The position numbers and the translations under genes were made by a program. A model generated the notes under the pieces. The model saw only the letters and a list, made by a program, of their open reading frames with translations. It was not told the DNA's origin and made no database searches. A stretch of 63,119 nt of DNA, filler included. It is 9 parts of 9 records of this genome, joined end to end, with 100 filler letters (N's around TTAATTAATTAA, not from the genome) between each part and the next. Parts side by side here need not be neighbours in the genome. Positions count along the whole stretch, not along the records: positions 56,072 to 63,119 come from SRR31156797_85023; 8 more parts are not named here. One strand, written 5' to 3'. Positions 57,461 through 63,119 of this stretch are shown one piece after another; the first letter of the stretch is position 1, and each line of letters starts with the position of its first letter.

Positions 57461-59314
57461 ATGGAAGAAGATGCCATCAGCACGAAAAGACGGCTTATGA
57501 GACGATCTCTCCTGGGGATTCTCGTTCTGGGACTCCTGAGCTGTAAACAGCCCTTTTCACTGACCGAGGTCCTGGACGAGCGTGCGGAAGCCCTGCCGCC
57601 CCTGGTGGTCAGTCCCTCGGAAGCAACCCTCTATATCAACAGCAGTCTCGCCCTATCCGTCTCCGGTGGGGAGGCCCCCTATGCCTACGCCGTCACCGAG
57701 GGAGCGGGCGTAGTGAACAGCGCGGGGGTCTATACGGCCGCGGGCTCGGCGGGCACGGCGGTCGTCACCGTAACGGACAACGCCGGTGGTACGGCTGAAA
57801 CCGGTCTGACCATAACGGACCAGCAGGTAAACGCAGACTATATCGTCCAGAGCATCAGCAATGCCCCGGCCCTTTTCGATGCGGGCGATCCCATAGGACA
57901 GACCTTTCTCTATGAGAACGCGGGGGCCGACGGCGGCATACAGACGGTCTACTGGAATATCTATATATCCGACGACACGAGCCTGGACGGAGGGGACAGC
58001 CTGGTCGACAGCGGATCGGGAGGAGCCCTGGGCAGCGGGGCCTCTTCGGCTCCCATAAATATTGTAGGGAACTGGCCGGCCTCCGCCGGCGTCTACTATC
58101 TGATCGTCAAGCTCTCCTCCGGGGACGACACGGATCCCTTGAACAGCACCGGCGTCAGCGCCGCCTTTACCATACAGGCCCTGAGCGGTGATATCGACTA
58201 TGTGGTCACGGATATTACCAGAAACTACCCCACCGTGGAGGAGGGGAGCCTCTGCGCCGAAACCTTTGACATCACCAATATCGGCGGGGCGGCGGGCACC
58301 CAGGCCGTGACCTGGACCGCCTACGCCTCTGCCGACCAGAGCATAGGAGGCGATGCCGTCATCGCTTCGGGAACCGCTTCGGCGGGAGGACTGGCCGCCG
58401 GGGCGAGCGTCAACGATATCTCCATCTCCGGGACCTGGCCCTCTGCGGGGACCTGGTACCTCCTGATCGGAGTCGCGGCTACGGATGAGACGGTCACCGG
58501 AAACAACGCCGCCTCCTCCGCCGATACCTATACGGTGAACGCGCCTCCCGACTATACGATCAGCAGCGTGGTGGTGCAGAGCGACGGTACGGCGGGAGCC
58601 CTCTTTTCAGCTGCGGGGGCCTTCAGCTTCGAGATCACCGAGGAAAACGGCAACGCCGGCACCCAGCAGATCTCCTACGATGTCTGGATTTCCCAGGACA
58701 CTGTGCTTGACGGCGGTGACAGCAGCGTGATGAGCGACGTGATCTCTCCCCTGGGAGGCGGAGGCAGCACGGGGCCCATCTCCTTCGGAGGCGTCAGCTG
58801 GCCGAGCTTCGGCACCACCTACTACGTCCTCATCACCGTCTCCTCGGGAGATGACGAGCACTCCTATAACAACCTGTACACATCCGCTCCCATAACGGTT
58901 CCCGAGCTCTATGTGGAGGGAGGGGAGGACAATTCGTCCTTTGGAAACGGCGTCCTGCCGAACGTCAGCACTCCGCCCGTAGACGGAGGGAGCCTGAGCC
59001 CGGGACAGCTGATCAAGGTCGAGGGCGATATGGATTCAAACGGCAACTACGATACCTATGAGATCAACCTGGGAACCCTGTCCCAGCTTGAGATCTGGGC
59101 CCAGTGGAGCAGCGGTGGCCAGCATATCAATCTCTATATATGGGATCAGACGACGGGCAGCTGGAGTTCTGTTGAGAACGCGATAAACAGCGAGCCCGGG
59201 ACGCCGCCGGCGGTCTTTCCCCTTACCACGCCGGGGCTCTATAATTTCGGGGTTAACTTCACGGCCGGGGCACCCGTGGGCGCTCCCTACGAGCTCTTTA
59301 TTCAGGGGAGGTAA
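57461..59314 (+). CDS. Surface lipoprotein with Ig/CARDB-like repeats
   Basis: Lipobox LLSC; three ~120-aa repeats (DY.V..I ... S.D..L.GGD ... WP...YY.I); start may be 57497. Confidence 0.8.
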   Translation: MEEDAISTKRRLMRRSLLGILVLGLLSCKQPFSLTEVLDERAEALPPLVVSPSEATLYINSSLALSVSGGEAPYAYAVTEGAGVVNSAGVYTAAGSAGTAVVTVTDNAGGTAETGLTITDQQVNADYIVQSISNAPALFDAGDPIGQTFLYENAGADGGIQTVYWNIYISDDTSLDGGDSLVDSGSGGALGSGASSAPINIVGNWPASAGVYYLIVKLSSGDDTDPLNSTGVSAAFTIQALSGDIDYVVTDITRNYPTVEEGSLCAETFDITNIGGAAGTQAVTWTAYASADQSIGGDAVIASGTASAGGLAAGASVNDISISGTWPSAGTWYLLIGVAATDETVTGNNAASSADTYTVNAPPDYTISSVVVQSDGTAGALFSAAGAFSFEITEENGNAGTQQISYDVWISQDTVLDGGDSSVMSDVISPLGGGGSTGPISFGGVSWPSFGTTYYVLITVSSGDDEHSYNNLYTSAPITVPELYVEGGEDNSSFGNGVLPNVSTPPVDGGSLSPGQLIKVEGDMDSNGNYDTYEINLGTLSQLEIWAQWSSGGQHINLYIWDQTTGSWSSVENAINSEPGTPPAVFPLTTPGLYNFGVNFTAGAPVGAPYELFIQGR

Positions 59315-61043
59315 GTGTTTCTTTCAGTTGCTCCAGGAAGGTCAGGTAGAGGCCGGTCTGCAGCTCGTCCCCTCCCTCGGGGGAGTAGGCACGCCCTGAA
59401 TTCAGGGCCACCATCATCTCGTTGATATCCATAAGCACCAGCGAGCGGCCGCTGCTCTCCTTGAGGACGCCGTAGGACTGGAGGTAGCGTTCCAGGGTCC
59501 GGGTCAGATCGGGATACTCCTCCCTTACCGCCTCGGAGACGAGGACCTCTTTCAGGAGCACCTTCATCCGGAGCATCTCAACCAGCTCATCCTGATCCGC
59601 GGCGGCGCTCTCCTTTCCCTCCACCGCGCGGCTGATGCGCTCCAGTTCGGTGGTCAGCGCCTCTCTGCTCTCCCTGTCCTGCAGGGCCCGTTCCATCAGG
59701 AGCCTGTCCTCATCGCTGAGGAGGGCGTAGCCTTCGGCAGACAGCCTCTCCCGCTCCGCCTCCAGGTCCATGGCCCGCAGGCGGTCATATCCCTCGCTGA
59801 GGGGTGGAAAGAGGGCGAAGGCCTCCATATAGGCCGCACGGCTCAGCTCTTTCTCTCCCGCCTCAAAGTGGGCGCGGCCCCGGGCGACCAGCTGCCGGAG
59901 CTCCTCATCCCGTTCGGAGAGGCCGGTCTCGAGGAAGGGCGGTGCCGGCCTCACAGCTCCCGTTTCTCCCGTGGGAGAGTAGATAAGGGCGCTCAGGGCG
60001 CTGAGAAGAAGGCGGTCCGCCTCCTTGCGGGAGTCCAGCCCGGGATAACCCGAGTCGTCCTCCCTCTCGATCAGGGCCTCCAGAGACAGTATTTGCCGTT
60101 CCGCCCGGACATAATCCTCCCGGGAGACGGCCTCGGCGATCTGCCTGTAGGAGGCGCTGATCTGGTTCAGGACAAACTCCTCGTTCCGGCTCCTGTCCCG
60201 GATCCGCCTAAGCTCGGCCAGCTCGCTCCGGTCCTCGGTTATGATCTCTTCCTGCCGGGCCAGTTGGGCTTCGTACTCCTCCCTGAGACGCCTCTCCCGT
60301 CCGGCCTGCTCCTGCTCCATCTCCTCAATAAGAAGATCCCTCTCTTCCTCCGCCGATTCCAGGGACAGCCTGTAGCCCTCGATCTCCGTCAGAAGAATCC
60401 CTTCCTTGCGCTGACGATCGGCCTCCGCCTTTTGGACCAGCTCCTTCTGGCTCCTGAGATAGTCCTCGTCCAGACGCTCTTTCAGCTCCCTCAGCCTCTC
60501 TTCCAGTACCGCCGGATCCAGGCCTCCCGATCTGAGCCTCTCCTCCTCGGCGAGAAACTCCTTGTCCAGCTCCTCCTTCAGCGCCGTTTCAAGGCGGGCA
60601 ACCTCGGCCCGGGTGGACATGATCAGCAGAGACTGCTCCTCCTGGAGCCGGTCCATATCGGTCCTGATGGCCGCTATCTCCCGGTTCTTCTCGTCCAGTT
60701 TCTGCTCCGCGTCCTTCTGTATCTGCCGGATGATGCGGCTCTCCGTCTGGTTCAGGGTCCGGGAGCGGGAGAGGATTCCCTCCTCCACATCCTTGAAGCT
60801 GAGGAAGAAGTAACTTCCCAGGCCCGCGAGGAGTCCGATGGCGCTGAGGTTGATGATCAGGGGAAGCCTGCCGTCCCTGCCGGAGGAGCTGAAGCGGAAG
60901 GTCCTCTCGGATATACTCAGTTTGCCCCGGTTCATCTCGCCGTCGATCTCCTCTATGATCCTCTCCCTCTCATCCTTGGGGATGGATTCCATCTCGAGAA
61001 ATTGATCGTGCAGAATGACGGCCCGTTCCAGTAAACCAGACAT
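59298..61043 (-). CDS. Hypothetical single-TM long coiled-coil protein
   Basis: TM LPLIINLSAIGLLAGLGSYFF followed by E/R-rich heptads; ATG 61043 with GGAG. Confidence 0.75.
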   Translation of the reverse strand: MSGLLERAVILHDQFLEMESIPKDERERIIEEIDGEMNRGKLSISERTFRFSSSGRDGRLPLIINLSAIGLLAGLGSYFFLSFKDVEEGILSRSRTLNQTESRIIRQIQKDAEQKLDEKNREIAAIRTDMDRLQEEQSLLIMSTRAEVARLETALKEELDKEFLAEEERLRSGGLDPAVLEERLRELKERLDEDYLRSQKELVQKAEADRQRKEGILLTEIEGYRLSLESAEEERDLLIEEMEQEQAGRERRLREEYEAQLARQEEIITEDRSELAELRRIRDRSRNEEFVLNQISASYRQIAEAVSREDYVRAERQILSLEALIEREDDSGYPGLDSRKEADRLLLSALSALIYSPTGETGAVRPAPPFLETGLSERDEELRQLVARGRAHFEAGEKELSRAAYMEAFALFPPLSEGYDRLRAMDLEAERERLSAEGYALLSDEDRLLMERALQDRESREALTTELERISRAVEGKESAAADQDELVEMLRMKVLLKEVLVSEAVREEYPDLTRTLERYLQSYGVLKESSGRSLVLMDINEMMVALNSGRAYSPEGGDELQTGLYLTFLEQLKETLTSPE

Positions 61044-61117
61044 AGCGCTCCACCGAAAAAAAATATCTGTGTTCTTTCTACTGATTTCAATTATAATTTC
61101 ATAACAGGGACATAACA

Positions 61118-62779
61118 ATGACAATACGTTCAAAAATAGTGTTAATCGCTCTGCCCCTTATCATTACGCCTCTGATGCTGGTGATGATGGTCGGCGTGTT
61201 CTCCGCCAGAAACGGCATGACCCAGGTGGCCCTGAAGCTTCTGAGCTTCAAATCCCGGGTTCTGCTCAACTATATGGAAAACCAGTGGCTCCTCCTTGAG
61301 AACCATGGTCTCGGGGAGGAGCGGGAGTTTGTGGAGATCTCCCACCTCACCATCGCCGAGTACGCCCGCACCCTGATAGAGGGGGAGGAGGACCTGATCT
61401 TCACCCTCGACGATTCGGGTCGGGAGGTCTGGTGCACCGACGGTTCCTGCCGGATGACCGAGGAGGAGGGGCGGCGCATCCTCAGTGAGATCGATAAAGG
61501 GCGGATGCAGTGGCTCGAGTTCACGAAGGGGGGAACCGTCTACGTGGCGGACGTCAACGGCTTCGCTCCTTTCGGCTGGATCGTCGTCAACGGGGTGCGC
61601 CGGGACTATTTCTACGGCAGCATCAGCAGGATCATCTTTCGGACCCTGCTGATCACGACGATCTCCCTCCTGGTTTCCATCCTCCTTCTCTTCATCTTCT
61701 CCCTCTACCTGACGAGGCCCTTGAAAAGGATCACCGCGGTCATCCATAACATCATCCAGACCAACGACCTGAGCATGAAGGTCACCCTGGAGTACAGCGA
61801 TGAGATCGGGGAGCTGGGCCATTACTTCAATATCATGACCAAGGAACTGGACATGGCGAACAGGCAGATCAAAAACTACGCCCTACGGGCGGTGATCTCC
61901 AGAAGAAACGAGAGCAAGATCAGGAATATATTTCAGAAGTATGTGCCCCAGGATGTGATTGACAAGTATTATGAGGAGCCCGAATCCATGCTTGAGGGGG
62001 AGAGCCGCATCCTGGGCGTCCTCTTCTCGGATATCAGAAACTTCACCAGCTACTCCGAAAAGATGCCCCCCCATGAGGTTGTGGAGTCCCTGAACAAGTA
62101 TTTCGATTTTATGGTGGAGATCATCATGAGGCACAACGGTATCGTGGACAAGTACATAGGCGACGCCATCATGGCCTTCTTCGGGGCTCCGGTCCACCAT
62201 GATAACGACGCGGTGGAGGCCGTCAGCGCCGGACTGGATATGATCGACGCCCTGGACGAGTTCAATCAGTGGCAGTTCGAGCGCGGCAGGCAGCCCTTCC
62301 AGATGGGGATAGGCATCAACTACGGCTTTATGACCGTGGGGAATATAGGCACGGAAAAGAAGATGGACTACACTGTCATCGGCGATATGGTGAACCTGGC
62401 CTCCCGGTTGGAGGGGCTGACCAAGCATTACAAGCAGAAGATCCTGGTCGCCAAATCGGTCTACAAGAAACTGGACGGGAAGATGCCCTGCCGGATGATC
62501 GACCGGGTAAGGGTAAAGGGGAAATCGGAGGTCCATTCGGTCTATACGGTCCGCCGGGAACTGAGCCAGTGGGAGGCGGACGCCTGGGAGATCTACAGCC
62601 AGGGGATGAAGCTTTACTTCGAGAGGAAGTTCAACGAGGCCTATGAGAGCTTCGAGATCGCCATGAAGCTGATGCCCGGGGACTTTATCAGCGAGCTCTA
62701 CCGCAACCGCTGCGATATCTTCCGGAGGCAAGAACCGCCCGAGGACTGGCAGGGCGTGACCATTATGGATATAAAATAG
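61118..62779 (+). CDS. Membrane adenylate cyclase (class III) with HAMP domain
   Basis: FSDIRNFT, DKYIGDAIMA, YTVIGD.VNLASRLE; K/T specificity residues indicate ATP. Confidence 0.93.
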   Translation: MTIRSKIVLIALPLIITPLMLVMMVGVFSARNGMTQVALKLLSFKSRVLLNYMENQWLLLENHGLGEEREFVEISHLTIAEYARTLIEGEEDLIFTLDDSGREVWCTDGSCRMTEEEGRRILSEIDKGRMQWLEFTKGGTVYVADVNGFAPFGWIVVNGVRRDYFYGSISRIIFRTLLITTISLLVSILLLFIFSLYLTRPLKRITAVIHNIIQTNDLSMKVTLEYSDEIGELGHYFNIMTKELDMANRQIKNYALRAVISRRNESKIRNIFQKYVPQDVIDKYYEEPESMLEGESRILGVLFSDIRNFTSYSEKMPPHEVVESLNKYFDFMVEIIMRHNGIVDKYIGDAIMAFFGAPVHHDNDAVEAVSAGLDMIDALDEFNQWQFERGRQPFQMGIGINYGFMTVGNIGTEKKMDYTVIGDMVNLASRLEGLTKHYKQKILVAKSVYKKLDGKMPCRMIDRVRVKGKSEVHSVYTVRRELSQWEADAWEIYSQGMKLYFERKFNEAYESFEIAMKLMPGDFISELYRNRCDIFRRQEPPEDWQGVTIMDIK

Positions 62780-62830
62780 GGATGCCCGATCTATCCGGTG
62801 CCGTATAACTGTTTAAGGAGAGACAATCAC

Positions 62831-63119
62831 ATGAAGCTAGACGAGTACAGGGAGTACTGCCACTCCTTCAAAGGGATTACCGAGGAGTTCCCCTTCGACG
62901 AGACCACCCTGGTTTACAAAGTGGGAGGGAAAATCTTCACTTTAACGGACATTAACAGCTACGAACATGTCTCTGTGAAATGCGATCCCGAAGACGCCAT
63001 GGCCTACAGGGAGATCTACGAAGCCGTGTTCCCGGGCTATCATCTGAACAAGCGGCACTGGAATTCGATCAGCAACGGCGGCGACGTGCCCGATGACACG
63101 CTGAAGGGCTGGATCAGAG
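62831..63119 (+). CDS. MmcQ/YjbR family DNA-binding protein (3' truncated)
   Basis: EEFPFD..TLVYKVGGKIF, KCDPE, PGYHLNKRHWNSI. Confidence 0.92.
   Translation, partial: MKLDEYREYCHSFKGITEEFPFDETTLVYKVGGKIFTLTDINSYEHVSVKCDPEDAMAYREIYEAVFPGYHLNKRHWNSISNGGDVPDDTLKGWIR

Overview
This window is not one locus. It is nine unrelated contig fragments joined by eight artificial 100-nt spacers (44 N + TTAATTAATTAA + 44 N), so gene neighbourhood across spacers is meaningless. Taxonomic labels below are inferred from gene content only. (1) 1-9205, deltaproteobacterial-like: two PilT ATPases, divIVA, yggT, and a FadR-type regulator with a LIV-type ABC transporter and an Fe-S/FAD oxidoreductase. (2) 9306-15378: an AT-rich element integrated at a tRNA-Arg 3' end, with a zinc-ribbon-containing tyrosine integrase, an excisionase, an archaeal-looking RelBE pair and a tight, uncharacterised 3-gene operon (HerA/VirD4-like ATPase with wHTH/nuclease-like tail, 4-TM coiled-coil protein, membrane-anchored vWA protein). 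This operon is the best candidate for an undescribed system. (3) 15479-26765, alphaproteobacterial: tRNA-Thr, hemY, hemD-Mic60 fusion, hemC, tsaD, gpsA, acs. (4) 26866-33273: pdxJ-acpS-nnr-CBS-tsaE-lysC-cimA housekeeping. (5) 33374-39135: two-component cluster and GNAT. (6) 39236-45076: Bacteroidota susC/susD plus a large uncharacterised carbohydrate-active-like protein. (7) 45177-50492: ilvC/ilvY, a PEP-CTERM gene behind a sigma54 promoter and a c-di-GMP-I (GEMM) riboswitch, disA, TPR protein, recC start. (8) 50593-55971, alphaproteobacterial: candidate sRNA, NCS2 permease, msrPQ, YHS protein. (9) 56072-63119, spirochaete-like: surface proteins, adenylate cyclase, MmcQ/YjbR.
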